Counted from the stretch's first letter, positions 1 to 12,775 are shown. The stretch is 64,000 nt of DNA from Isurus oxyrinchus (GCA_026770705.1 JANJGN010000026.1:28272001-28336000), one strand, 5' to 3'. A program made the numbers and translations. The notes: generated by a model not told the origin, from the letters alone.

Positions 1-186
1 TTGTTAGCCTGCGGAACACGAGACTGAGTTGAAAAATTTCCGATCCGAAACTATACTGCATTTTTTGTTTATTTATTTATCTTAAAATTTTAGGCTGCAC
101 CAGGCGGTGATTAATATGATTTTTAAAAACACACATCTTCCAGACAAAGGCTGTTTTATCTTTCCCTAATGTAGCGTCTTTATCAG

Positions 187-489
187 ACCTGAGTCACGGA
201 GGTTATGTCACGCAGCCGCTTTCCCCATGAGTTAAGACATAAGGAGAATTGGTGACTTTAAAATGTCACTTTAAAATAACACTACATGGAGCAGCAACTG
301 ATATCAACAACAAGCTGCAAAACAGCCAGTGCTTAATCTGATAAAATATCTAAACGATTCTGAAGATAAAACGGACTTCAGAAAAATCTGTTTATTTCTG
401 CACACTTGACAACTTGACAAAATTCAGCATTTCACCATCTCCGGGCTTCAAATGAACAAAGCTGCAGTTTATTATTGCGCCCTGAGACT
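187..489 (+). pseudogene. TCR alpha/delta-type V segment pseudogene (V exon)
   Basis: Acceptor tatcag at 181-186, then LSHGGYVTQPLSP*VKT*GELVTLKC...(W->TGA)YQQ...FTISGLQMNKAAVYYCALR; several stops and frameshifts; not in the ORF track. Confidence 0.85.
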
Positions 490-528
490 CACAATGTTGG
501 GATCCAGTTAAACCCTCGAACAGCTACT
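490..528 (+). promoter_or_regulatory. 23-bp-spacer RSS (degenerate nonamer)
   Basis: CACAATG (490-496) + 23 nt + ACAGCTACT (520-528), directly after YYCALR. Confidence 0.75.
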
Positions 529-738
529 CCCGCCCAGTTGTAACTCAGAAACTTTCCCTGCTGATGTCACTTATAACGGAGACTAGATGCGAAGGCCATC
601 ACAAAACAATTATGTAGAAAATCTGTCAGGTTCCTATGCTTAATCATAATATAAGCTTTGTGTGTATTTAAGGAGAGCACATTACTCTGAGCTACACACT
701 TTCTCTGAACTGCATTTGAAAATGTTTTCAAGTGAGAG

Positions 739-754
739 CCACCAGAGGGCAGCA
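739..754 (+). promoter_or_regulatory. CTCF-binding motif
   Basis: CCACCAGAGGGCAGCA matches the CTCF core consensus; about 210 bp 3' of an RSS. Confidence 0.65.
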
Positions 755-959
755 ATAGCATGGATTATGAAAGAAAGCCAGGCAGCGTGTGTGGGGATAT
801 TAACAGATTTAACTTTGCAGACAGATGACCCTCCAGCATAAACTTATCACTAATCATACTGAGATAATCGACACGGACCAACCGACAGAGTCCCGAATGC
901 AGTAGGTGATGGGTTGCCTGTTGGTTTGGTTGTCGGAATGTGTTATAGATTGAAAACTC

Positions 960-1270
960 TTTTTTATTATTTCACGCGTGTGACCGTCGCTGGCAAGGAC
1001 AGCATTTCTTGCTCATCAAATAAATTCCCTTGAGTAAATTGAGATGGTGAGCCGCCTTCTTGAACAGCTATAGTTCACCTGTTCTTGTGATGAGATGTTT
1101 TGTTAGTGATTATAGGGAGGGAATTCCGGAATGTTGACAGTGAAAGAACGCATGTCAGGATGATATGTGGCTGGGAGGGGAAATTGTAGGTGCTGGTGTT
1201 CTTTTTGTTTAGGTGTAAGAGATTGAGGATTTGGGAAATACCGTCGAAGTTGTCCTGACGCGTTCATAAA
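960..1270 (-). mobile_element. Shark HER1/HE1-type LINE 3' end, degraded
   Basis: Same tail (gtcgctggc..cagcattt..cccttgag..ggtgagccgccttcttgaac) recurs at 18478-18700 (-) and 35812-35935 (+). Confidence 0.6.
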
Positions 1271-1779
1271 GCAATCAATTTTAAATGCAGGCAATAATTT
1301 CCAGTGGAAGCCATGGTTGCCGTGGTTAACTAATGAATTTCTGCAAACATGGTGATTGCTGAAATTTGTATGCTGTAAATATTTATAATGTTCAATTCAG
1401 ACATGATTGCTGAGCGCATGAGGTGTCCGTACACCCTGAATCCGTCAAAAAGCCAATCACCTCTCCTCCATCATTGAATTCATTTCAGATGTGGTATTTG
1501 TCTATTTACCACTTTGTTGTATTCAAATTCCACAGGAGCTAGTGGCCGCGTGTATCGTCTGCGGGGAGTCTTCATAGTCAGACAGCATCTCTTTCAACTG
1601 GGTGCTCCGGTTCTGAAACTGGAATGGCATTCACTGTTTTCCCTCTTTTTCTCCGCCTGACTGATTGAATCGTTAAAGGGCCAACATTGGGTATAAACCC
1701 TGCCCCATTCCCTATTGTATGAATCGGGGGTCAAAGGAGCTGTGAGCTAATTGGCTTAATTGAAAACAAAGGAGTTTTA

Positions 1780-1863
1780 AGCTGATTGGATGTCACCTGA
1801 TGACGCTGTCAGCAATGATCCAATCAGCAGCGATGCGGATGTCACTCAATCTCTAACCAATTC
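1780..1863 (+). promoter_or_regulatory. TCR V promoter region
   Basis: CCAAT boxes, TGACG half-CRE and GGATGTCACT (reverse 9/10 match to the TCR V decamer AGTGACATCA), 65-145 bp upstream of the leader ATG. Confidence 0.5.
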
Positions 1864-1926
1864 TTGGTGAAAAGAATTTCAGCTTCAGTCCGTTCTCGTC
1901 ATATCCACCGCGAGCTCTCTACAAAC

Positions 1927-2813
1927 ATGTCGCCCGTTACTTTGAACTTATTCCTCACAGCGGCAGCTCTTTTAATTGGTAGGTTCACAAATTGCGAAAC
2001 TTTGTGTTTTACATCTTGTCCAGGCATTAAATTTAATCGGGTAGTTCGGTCAACACAAGGGGGGAATAGTTTGATCCAAAATGTGAAAAATCGTCCCGAT
2101 CCACCTTGTATCAACACGAAACACTGCTTGGGAGAAATAGACGAAATTCCCGGAGTGATTGAGAACAGAGAAGTTGGGCTGGGATCCTAGACTCCATTTG
2201 TACGCTTGAGACTTTGACAGATACAAGAGTTCGAACGAAACCCTCCGGCTGTTTCCAGTTTTCCCTTCAAATCATCGGAGATGAAGGTGAGGAACTGATC
2301 TCGATAGAAGGTGCTGAATGTTTATTCGGGGAAGTTTTATTGAATCGATCGAAGCACCTTCCCGTTACAGCACCTGAGCTACTGGAAATATATTTCTATT
2401 TAGCTGCCATGATTTATTTCTTAGGTTCCGGGTGACAGGCCGATTATAGGAGTTAGACATAGTGAAGTGACATCGTTTAATTGAATATCGCTCTTGGGTC
2501 TTACAGGGCATTGTGGAGGAGATTCTGTTTCACAGACACCGGCTGCAGTCACAGTCAATGAAGGAGATGATGTTCAGCTGCTCTGTAGTTACACAGCTAC
2601 AAGCAGCAGCAATCCTTATCTGTTCTGGTATCGTCAGTATCCCAGCGGATCCATAAAGTATCTGCTGAAGAGAAACAGATACATCGATAACACAGAGAGA
2701 TTCCCAGGAGACCGTTTTTCAGCGGAGCTCAATGATTCGAATCGCACCGTCCCGCTGAAAGTGCCTAAAACAGAATTGTCAGACTCTGCGGTGTATTACT
2801 GCGCGCTGAGCCC
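1927..2813 (+). CDS. Intact TCR alpha/delta V gene segment (leader exon 1927-1978, V exon 2507-2813)
   Basis: Leader MSPVTLNLFLTAAALLI with phase-1 gtagg donor; acceptor ttacag; GHCGGDSVSQTP...LLCSY...WYRQ...RFSAEL...DSAVYYCALS with canonical Cys, Trp, Cys. Confidence 0.95.
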
Positions 2814-2852
2814 CACAGAGACACAGAGCAGGGCTGAACCTGTACAAAAACT
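2814..2852 (+). promoter_or_regulatory. 23-bp-spacer RSS
   Basis: CACAGAG + 23 nt + ACAAAAACT. Confidence 0.93.
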
Positions 2853-3032
2853 GTCAGAGCGACACTCAACATTACAGAGCAAGACGCAAATATTGCGATC
2901 GAGCTGAGTCTGAACTACTTTCTTAAATCGTAGTGACATCTATAAATTTATTTCTAATTTATAATTTTATTCTTAATAATTCTATCATGAGAAAATCTTA
3001 ATGCGGGCATATTAGCAGAAGATAATACATTA

Positions 3033-3352
3033 TTTATATCGAGCCTTTCTTCATGTCCCAAAATGTTTCACCGCCACTGTTATAATGCAATTTAGAGAAA
3101 GCAGCAGCCAAATTTTGCCTAGCAGAAGACTTCAAACAGTGATGATTCAATGGCCGCCCTGTTTCAGTGATGATGATTGACCAGGGCAATTCCCCTCCTG
3201 TCTCCGAGAAAGTGGCTGTTTGATCTATCACGTCCGCCTGAGAGGGCAAACAGTGCCATCGATTTAACATCTCATCTGAAAGCCGGTACTTCTGACTGTG
3301 CACCATTCCCTGAGGATAGCACCGGGGTATCACTATTAATCCTGGGGCTCAA
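3033..3352 (-). mobile_element. Deu-domain SINE (SacSINE1/AmnSINE1-like)
   Basis: Minus strand reads ctttcagatgagatgttaaatcga...ccctctcaggcggacgt...aaatttggctgctgc...gaaaggctcgatataaat, resembling the Deu domain and tail as remembered. Confidence 0.75.
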
Positions 3353-4252
3353 GACCTTGGGGGGTGGGGGGTGGATGGGAATGGAAGCATGAAACTTCTG
3401 TTTCAGGGGCAATGATGATTAGAACAGAGTTCGTCTGACAACTAGAGCTTTCAGATTAGCCCTTGTTCTGTTAATTCCCAGGCATCTGTATCTTTTTAAT
3501 AATACATAGAAAATGGAGAAGTAGATGAGTGCAAAGCTTTTTATAGACGTGATCGGAGTGATTAAAGGCAGATGGGCAGCCGCCAATCGGCCCCTCGGTC
3601 ATCTATTCCTCCAGAACAGGAGACCTGTTTCCACGAGGGTCTCCTCGGTAAATTCCCGGATTGTCCTTACTGACAGCCTGCCGGTGTCCTGTTGAGCGGA
3701 AAGAATCTCTGAACAGACTGGCCTCAGAATCCGGGAAAACTCAGGAGGTGGTGACCGTTCATCAACCCAATCCTGGGAAAACGGATTGAAATAAAGAAAA
3801 GAAAATTGAAAAATAAACTTTACTGGTCCCCTGGAACCAAATGTCACTCCAGAAGAGAAAGACTTTTCCTGATGTCGCGTTTTCCTGACTCAGAATGTCC
3901 GGAAGCCTTTCCAACCTCAGGAAGTACGTTTCCAGTGCAGCCATTGTTTTGATATCAGAAACATTATTTCCACAGAGAACAGCGGGAATATTTAATTCCC
4001 TGCCAGGATGGGTTGTCACTCTCACCCTGGAATAAAGGAATTTGTGAGGCCAGGTGTTTTCCGGATACTTTCAACTTGCAGCAAATAGTAACCAGAACAT
4101 TCGGTAACGGAATGATGGACAGCGCTTTCCCTAAGACACATTGAGGAACTGTATGATTAGAAACATTGTGCTAACCTTCTTATTCAGACAACTCAGTGAC
4201 ATTGGAATACAATGATTTATAGTGTTCATCCTCTAAGTCCCCTATACCATTC

Positions 4253-4545
4253 TCCTCCTCCTTCAGGCACCATACCCTAAAAAGCCATTGGTGACCGTGG
4301 ACTTGCATTGTACTTGCCTATGATTATGTTTGGCAAAGTATTGCAGCTGTTTGCTGTTGCCTTCTACAGGAATTTCTCCTGCTCTTGTCACCTGCCATCA
4401 GGCATATTGGAAGGATTTATAGGCTGATAATCAAACTTATTGACCAAGTTAGGAACTGATTTTCCTGTGGCCATCAAGTCCTGAAGTAGGATTTGAACCT
4501 GAAGCTTCTGGTCTAAAAGTATGGACGCTACCAGTGCTAGGGTAG
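4253..4545 (-). mobile_element. tRNA-derived SINE with RTE-like tail
   Basis: A-box-like tagcactgg, B box ggttcaaatcc, tail gcaaacagctgcaatactttgccaa...gtccacggtc. Confidence 0.55.
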
Positions 4546-4711
4546 ACCTTCTTCTCTGCCATAGCATGCGTAATTCATATATAGGCCCTTGCCCTAAATA
4601 CAATATCGGTTATGATGAAGTGTCAACAAGATATTTCCTGTAATTCCCAGCTGTCACCTGTGACAGCGGTGAACTGACGACTGTCAGTTTTCGACATAGA
4701 AAAGGACCTGA

Positions 4712-4727
4712 AGCGCCATCTAGTGGA
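4712..4727 (-). promoter_or_regulatory. CTCF-binding motif
   Basis: Minus strand TCCACTAGATGGCGCT, near-perfect core; about 540 bp 3' of the minus-strand RSS. Confidence 0.7.
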
Positions 4728-5266
4728 ATATTATCTGTGAAACAGCGATTCTCAATTTATTCTTGAATATTGCTGCATGATATTGCTGGATAATTATTAT
4801 GGATTATCATCATGGGGTTTTTTGATCAGATTTTATTATTACTGCACCTGATGCCTTTTTTCATTGTTTGTTTTTGCTACATTTGCTATTTCATATTAGT
4901 TGCAAGATTATTTGTCTCAGTTTGCCGACATGTCTACGTCGTTAGTACAGTAAATGTCATTTGCACACATAGATGATCTTCTAATTAATAAATTCATAAA
5001 TCCATAGCTGATGAGATTGGATTGTAAGTTTCTAAAGAATAGAATGCTTCAGAGCTCCACAATCATAAAACAAGAATGTCAACCAAATTTCAATAAGCTA
5101 ATGTATCAGTGCATTTTTCTACGAGTAGGAATAAAAATAAAATGTATTTTTATGGCAGTAATTTATTCGTATGATGAACTTAGCATTTTTTTGATCGATT
5201 TTCCTTCCGTCACACTCACTTCTAAAGCGCATGGGCTTGTTATCTCCTCAGTCCCCGTGTCGAGCG

Positions 5267-5305
5267 AGTTATTGTACAGGCCCCTCGTCTCTTTCTTTCA
5301 CCGTG
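5267..5305 (-). promoter_or_regulatory. 23-bp-spacer RSS
   Basis: CACGGTG + 23 nt + ACAATAACT. Confidence 0.9.
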
Positions 5306-5586
5306 CCTCATTGCACTGCAATACACCGCAGCGTCTGACAGCTGAACCGTGTTAACAGTGAGAGTGGTGGAGCTTTTCTCACGGTCCGCAGATATTTTAA
5401 ACCTTCCCTCAACCCTTTCATCTCCGTATGTGGACACGAGATACTCGGGAGCTTGATTGGAGAATTTCCGGTACCAGCATACAATGTCATTTGTCCTGAA
5501 TGTAGCATTGTGATGAAGCGACATGGTTTGTCCGACAGTTCCCCGATACATCGATATCTGAAATGCCTCCGAATGACAAGGAACAA
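5306..5586 (-). pseudogene. TCR alpha/delta-type V segment, open frame but both canonical cysteines altered and no intact leader
   Basis: Acceptor ttttcgcag; VPCHSEAFQ...TMSLHH(C23->H)...VCWYRK...GRFKISAD...DAAVYCS(YYC->YCS)AMR; only a leader-like remnant near 5840-5883. Confidence 0.8.
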
Positions 5587-5994
5587 CTGCGAAAACATTA
5601 ATAACATTCGCTTAATGATACATACAAGGATAAAGCGCTTGCCGATAATGGAAGAATATACTAATCTATCTATCTATCTACATTCCTCTCTATCTACTTG
5701 TTTATCTATGTATCTCATCGTTTGTCAATCTTTCTCTCGCATATGTACTATCTAGGTATTTGAGAGGCAGAGTTATTTTTCTGTCTATCTCTTTATCTTG
5801 AGCAAGAAAAGATCGGAAATCTTATTTAATATTTTTCGATGCTCTGTATGTGTACTAACAGCGGTAGAATGTTGTAACTTCATCCAGATGACAGTTAAAA
5901 TATGGGAAAGTAACGTTTCTGAATATCGCCGACATTTCTAAAGGTTCTTGTTTGGAGAAAGGTTAAAGGTGCAGCGGAGACACGGCAGTGAACA

Positions 5995-6033
5995 TGATAT
6001 TGCAGAGCCGGATGCGCTCTTTGTCTCAATGTG
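5995..6033 (-). promoter_or_regulatory. 23-bp-spacer RSS (weak)
   Basis: CACATTG + 23 nt + GCAATATCA. Confidence 0.7.
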
Positions 6034-6437
6034 TCTGCTTCCGGCAGTGATACATTCCGGCGTCCTGGACCGCGGTGTCATCTACAGAGATGGTATTGGC
6101 CTTCTTTGCTTGGTCAAAGGACAGTGTGTAGCGTCCTTTAGTCACATGCCCCTGGAAAATGGAGGCGATAAATGTTGGAGCCCCTCTCAGTGTTTGTCTG
6201 TGCCAGGTTACGGTATAACCAGAGCCAACGGAGAGCCGACAGTCCAGTTCAAAGCATTCCCCTTCCCGAGACACCACCTGTTCAGGGTAGGAGTTTTGAT
6301 CCTCACACTGAACGGCTATGAACAAAAGAAAAAACACTGAACCACCACGGCGTAGAGAGGTTGGTAAAAACAATGCATCTGATGAGATAAATAAACTCAC
6401 ACAATATCAACAGCAACAGGGCTCCAACTGGAATCAT
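6034..6437 (-). CDS. Divergent TCR alpha/delta-type V gene segment (leader 6437-6401, V exon 6315-6034)
   Basis: Leader MIPVGALLLLIL with gtgagt donor; acceptor gttcatag; SVQCED...EGECFELDC...WHRQ...GRYTLSFD...DAGMYHC; frame open; extra FR1 Cys. Confidence 0.85.
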
Positions 6438-6976
6438 GTCTTTGCCGGAGTTTCTGTTCATGACGACGAAGATGGAAAAAAGGCGGATCAGTCAGGGTCT
6501 GATTTCCAGACTGGGACTTGCTGCCGGGTGCAGGACTCTCAATGGTGGGGAGGTGACGAGGAGAGTGGAGGGTTTTACATTCTCCTCTTGAATGTGAGAC
6601 TGATGGGCCACATTCTCACCGATTGGTCAATTATAGGATGTCCCAAATGACGTTATTCATGGTGCTACCCAGCGATTGGCAGTTTCTCAAAACTTATACC
6701 ACTTGAACTGTCACTGCTTCCGAACCTCTCTGCTTCCTGTATGTAGCACGAGGTTATATTGTTTCATAATGCCTGTGCTCTGTTGTCTTTATAACTGAGT
6801 CGAGTCATTAGTCATTTGACAATACACAGAGAGGAAGTTCGACCCACAACCCATAAGTGCTGGCTGTAATGTAGCGTTATACACTTATTGTGAATCATCT
6901 GTCCGCTGCCCGTATATTGTGAATTAGGAATGTATCATGTTATATTTTTAAATGAATCTTGTTGCCTTAAGCACAC

Positions 6977-7095
6977 CAATCACTTTCAATCACTAATTTT
7001 ATTTGGATTTTATATAACTCACTTTCAAAGACTGATTTTATATATATTTGATATAGATCACTTTCAAGCACTGATCTTATTGGTATTTTACATAA
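6977..7095. repeat. Three ~38-bp degenerate tandem repeats
   Basis: tcactttcaa..actga/aattttat unit repeated three times. Confidence 0.6.
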
Positions 7096-7466
7096 ACTGT
7101 GTAATTTCTGTAACTTTGTAATTTTTGTAAGTCTATGAACGATTCTACATTTTTAATTAATTTATACCAAGGGCTTTCAGATACAACAAAACATATGATG
7201 GCAAAGCAGTTCTTTCAACCAATAACATACTGATAAGCGTCTATCCTAATGAGACTTCTACAGTACATATGATATTAATACCTATAGATTAATTACACAT
7301 CTGAACTGATGAGTCCAGTGTTACTAGACATCGCATGCTCTATCTCAAATAAGCAGACATCAAAACCATCTTAAGTCCCCCGTCATTTTAGAAGAAAGTC
7401 ATAAAATTTAATGAAATGACAGAAACTTTATAATGAGAGTGATGGTCCCACAAGTAATTGACACCT

Positions 7467-7980
7467 AGAACCATAGAAAAGTTACGGTGCAGAAGGGGGC
7501 ATTCAGCCCATCATGTCTGCCAAAAAGAGAGAGAAAAAACTAGCCGCTCATTTTAATTTCATTTTCCAGTACCCGGTCTGTCGCTTGCAGGTTACAGCAC
7601 TTCAGATGCAGATCCAGGTACCTTTTAAATGAGTTGAGCATTTCAGCCTTAACCACCAACTTAGGCAGTGAAGTCCAGACACCCACCACCCTCTGAGTAA
7701 AAAGGTTTTCCTCATGTCCCCTCTGATCCTTCTACCAATTACCTTAAATCTAAGTCCCCTGGTAATTGACCTGCTAGGGGAAACAAGTATTTCCTGTCTA
7801 CCCTAACTAGGCCCCTTATAATTTTGTACACCTCAAATAGGTCACCCCTTAGCCTCCTCTGTTCTAAGGAAAACAACCCTAGCCTATCGAAGCTCTTCCC
7901 ATAGCTGCAATCTTCAAGCCATGGCAACATTCTTGTAAATCTCCTCTGAGCTCTCTCCCGAGCAATTATGTCCTCCCTGT
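7467..7980 (-). mobile_element. CR1 LINE 3' fragment
   Basis: ERAQRRFTRMLP...LGLFSLEQRRLRGDL CR1 C-terminal motif. Confidence 0.85.
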
Positions 7981-8462
7981 AATAAAATCCCTCAGAGGGC
8001 CGGTCAAGGCACAACGGGAAATGACATCAATAGATGACCATCACCCTCGAGAAACCAATCAGAATCTGATCATGCACCAGCTAAACCAATCAGGGCCCGA
8101 TCACACACTGCCCTATTCAGTCAGGAATCAGTAACATCACTGATCATGTGCATGGTTTGTGGTTTGAAAGTAGTTAAAAATCACCAGCTTTGAGCTGCCA
8201 GATGCGTTGAATTTGAAAGTGAAAACTGCTTGTCAGCTGTAAGCAGAAGACCACAGGGCTCGAGCAAGAGAGAGAGAGAGAGAGTGAAGACCCCGTGTCA
8301 GCTCACACCCTAGGCTGAATCGGGAAGCAAGTATCACATTGAGCCAGTAAAGTCACTGCCTAGCTTTGTTAAGTATGACTTTTGTTGCTTAATAAATGTT
8401 CCCTGAGTTACATCACTAAATTGTTCCCTATTACTTGAATGGTTAAGTCTGGATGGTTAACA
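7978..8462 (+). mobile_element. Probable solo LTR
   Basis: TG...CA ends (tgtaata...gttaaca), two CCAATCA boxes, AATAAA at 8391; truncates the CR1. Confidence 0.45.
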
Positions 8463-9534
8463 AAAAAATAATATTGAGCGAGGAGATTTGGAGGTTAAAT
8501 GACACCCCCCCCCCCCCCAAAAAAAAAGATAATGTCAAGAAGATGGTGGAAGCAGAGGAGATGAACAATTTCATAAGGAAATTAGATGGGCACTTGAGGG
8601 AAATAAACGTGCAAGGATACGGGAATAGAACGGGGCAATGGTCTGCTGGGAACTGGCATTGACTCGACGGGGTGAGTGGCCTCTTTCATTGCCTAATGAC
8701 TCTGTAAGCTAAAGAGGGAAATTTCAACTGCTCCACTCCAACCAGCTGAAGTCCCTCATCCCTGGTGCCATTCTCATAAATCTCCTCTGCACCCTCTGTA
8801 ACAGCTTCATATCTTTTCTAAATCATGGAATCCATTTATATGTGGGACCTCTGTTTAGAACCATGTTCGAACTAGATGGCCAGCACGGTTAACATTTCTG
8901 ATTTCCATTTAGAAAAGGGACGTAGAGGCACTGGAGAAAGTGCAACCAAGATTCACAAGAACAATACCAAAAATGACAGCATTTAATCTTCAGGAAAATT
9001 TGAACAAACTGCGGCTCTACTGAAGAGAGACCTGATGGAAGTCTTAAGATTATGAACAGGTTCAATAATCCAGTAGGGATTTCTTGAGAAACATATTTGC
9101 CCAGTGAGGGATGAGAATGTGGAACTCACTACCATAGTGAGTGGCTGAGGTGGATAGCATGAATATATTTAAGGGAGCTCGATATATACAAGAGGGAGAA
9201 AGGAATAGAAGGATATGCTGATGGGCTGAGAGGAAGAGGCGTGGGTGGAGGCTCATGTGGAGCATTAATACTGACATAGACCTATTGAGCCAACTGTCCT
9301 GGCCCTGTGCTGTAGACTTAATGGAACAGAGACAAATGCATTTAATTGAGATCTACCTGCAGTGGTAGGGAAAATACTATTTACTATCCAGGATGAAATA
9401 AATGTCCTTCATCAGCCATTGTGGATCATTTTTGTGGGAATGCACATTCCCAGGCTCAAAGATCATTAGCCCACTGGAAGCAAAGTCATGAAATTGGCCA
9501 GTCTATCAGAAAGAAACCCTCCCACCCTCCCACT

Positions 9535-10529
<995 letters not shown>

Positions 10530-11323
10530 CTGTGAAAGGAGTTAACACAAGTCATCATTGTCAGTACAGGATAGAAATTCAGAACAGATGGTTCTAGTTT
10601 CAATGGAAAATTCTTTCTTCTCTCATTCCCCCAAAGTTGTAAATCTGTTTCCCCCCTCCCCACTCCCTCCATTTCCATTCTGCTGTACCTAATATACACC
10701 CTCCAAATTCTCCTAAAGGTGCCAATTCATGATGATCAACAGATCCATGCCTATCACTCCCTGTCCAAGACCAAAGGACCTGAAAAACTTCATGCAGGCT
10801 GCTAGCCTCTATATATATTTATTGGACTAAATATGCGTGTAATACTGTACAGTTACTGTATTACTGAATTAGAAGTACAAGTGGGTTGTGAAGAAGAGCT
10901 TTTCTTAGTCAGTGAGTAGCCATGACCTGAAACTCGCTGCCTTTGAAGCTGGTGGAAGTGGAGATGATCAATGATTTCAAAATAAAATTGTATGGACACT
11001 TGAAGGAAATAAACGTGCAGCAGAATGGAGATATGGAAGGAAATGGGACTGACTGTGTTGCTCTACAGTGAGTCAGCATGGGCTTGAGTTTCCAATTGGA
11101 TTCCTTCTGCACCATAATAGTCTATGACTGGAAATACATAACATAGCCACAGCACTATATTACAAAAAATAGTGCTAGAAGTACTACAAGTACTAGCAAT
11201 CATAAGAAATTTATTACAGAACCAACAAAACATCTAATATCTACCATATAACAACACTAGACATATCTCTGTTGCTATGATCCCCATGGAGACAGATAAC
11301 CTTAAAATAAACAAATTCCCAGA

Positions 11324-11540
11324 CAAAAGTAAAATACTGCGGATGCTGAAAATCTGATACAAAAACAAAAAATGCTGGAAAAACTCAGCAGGTCTAACAA
11401 CATCTGTGGAGAAAGAAACAGAGTTAATATTTCGAGTCCGTATGACTCTTCTTCAGTTTTCTTCCGAATCATATGGACTTGAAACATTAACTCTTTCTCT
11501 CCACAGATGCTGAGTTTTCCAAAATTTTCTGTTTTTGTTT
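11324..11540. mobile_element. Palindromic Penelope-like terminal-repeat remnant with hammerhead motif
   Basis: Two inverted copies of the PLE terminus; minus strand CTGAAGA-AGAGTC-ATAC-GGACTC-GAAA at 11422-11460; 12-bp TSD caaattc(c/t)caga at 11312 and 11541. Confidence 0.75.
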
Positions 11541-11939
11541 CAAATTCTCAGATAACTGCAACAGAATAAACCAAAGGACAAAGATTCAAACTTCTACTGT
11601 AACAATCAAACTAAAATTAACATAAGTGAAGCATGCATTAACAGACAAACAGTATTTGAATAGACAGGACAAAATTGACTTGAACCAGCTCATTCGATAA
11701 AAAATAGGTTCCACAAAATCAGTAGCATTTCCCCCCTCAGCATATTTGGCACTAATTCCAGTTACAGTGCCCCACAACTCTGTATTTCCCAGGGGAAGGG
11801 GGAAAGAAAGTGTTTTACTCACAGATGTTGAACAGAGGAGGAAGTTTTAGTGTGTTTGTCAAGGTAAAAACAAATGCTGTGCTGTTTAAAATCAAACTAC
11901 ATGACTTGGAACAAAATAAGGGGAAAAGACATTTTGCAA

Positions 11940-12570
11940 AGTACCCTGTCCGACTCCCTCAGCCGGCAGCCCAGCGCGCAGGCGCAGAAAGCACTGCTGA
12001 CAGAGCTGTTGGGAGCAGACGCAATGCAGCTGCCGCCAGCGGTCGCTCTCGAGCTCTTTTTGGACCAGCCAGCCGCCGTTGGGGGTGGGAGGAGGAGGCG
12101 GGGGAAGGGGGAGTTCGCCGAGTCGGTTGCCTAGAAACGTTGGCTCGAGGAGGTGTAGGGAGAGGAAAAACAATGGGTGGGGGTGGGGCTCCCGTGTCTG
12201 CGCGCCTGGCCTGCAGACTAAACCCGAACACGTCACCGTGGAGCAGAGTGAGTCCTATTGTTTAATTCAGACAGTGTTCCATTATGGACGTCATAATAAC
12301 TCAAAGGGACGTTCCCAACACAATGTCTCATTGGGATCAATAGCCCTGGTTGCAGGAGCAAACTACTGCGGATTGGACAACAGCTCAGCGCGTCTGGAGG
12401 TCAAAGTCCCCTTGTGCACTCCGGTTACGCTCCCTCATTGTGATCTGACCGGGGTTGACCAATGGAAAGAGCTGGAGGACTGGTAGTGGACTCCTCCAGG
12501 CAATCAAGAGTGTGGCCTTTGTGCCTTTCGCTGCACGGATTTTCCCCGTTGTTTGAACGCGGAAGTTGGA
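11940..12570. promoter_or_regulatory. CpG-island bidirectional promoter between head-to-head ZNF-A and ZNF-B
   Basis: GC/CpG-rich; Ets CGGAAGT at 12560; CCAAT; paralogous gtgagt donors pointing outward at ~11822 (-) and 12881 (+). Confidence 0.65.
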
Positions 12571-12585
12571 CAATGAGTTTGCTGA

Positions 12586-12775
12586 ACAAAAACAGAAATA
12601 CCTGGAAAAATTCAGCAGGTCTGGCAAGCATCGGCGGAGAAGAGCAAAGTTGAGGACTCGAAACGTCAATTTTGCTCTTCTCCGCCGATGCTGCCAGACC
12701 TGCTGAGTTTTTCCAAGTATTTCTGTTTTTGTTTTGGATTTCCAGCATCCGCAGTTTTTTGTTTTTATATATATT
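12586..12775. mobile_element. Palindromic Penelope-like terminal-repeat insertion
   Basis: ~68-bp inverted arms (12585-12653 / 12666-12733), 12-nt loop, exact 14-bp TSD aatgagtttgctga at 12572 and 12776. Confidence 0.85.

Noticed and set aside
1-40. Possible J segment (ggaacacga, GTR)
   Set aside because: No FGxG frame, splice donor or RSS
5586-5995. NAR-TCR cassette (V-D-J plus supporting V)
   Set aside because: No 12-RSS, D or FGxG J between the two V segments, and the upstream V resembles TRAV rather than IgNAR V
11810-12486. Overlapping 90-151 aa ORFs
   Set aside because: Stop-poor GC-rich CpG island; no recognisable domain
12425-12748. Recurrent peptide MLEIQNKNR.TWKNSAGLAASAE (also at 20788 and 46111)
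   Set aside because: Antisense translation of the PLE terminal repeat
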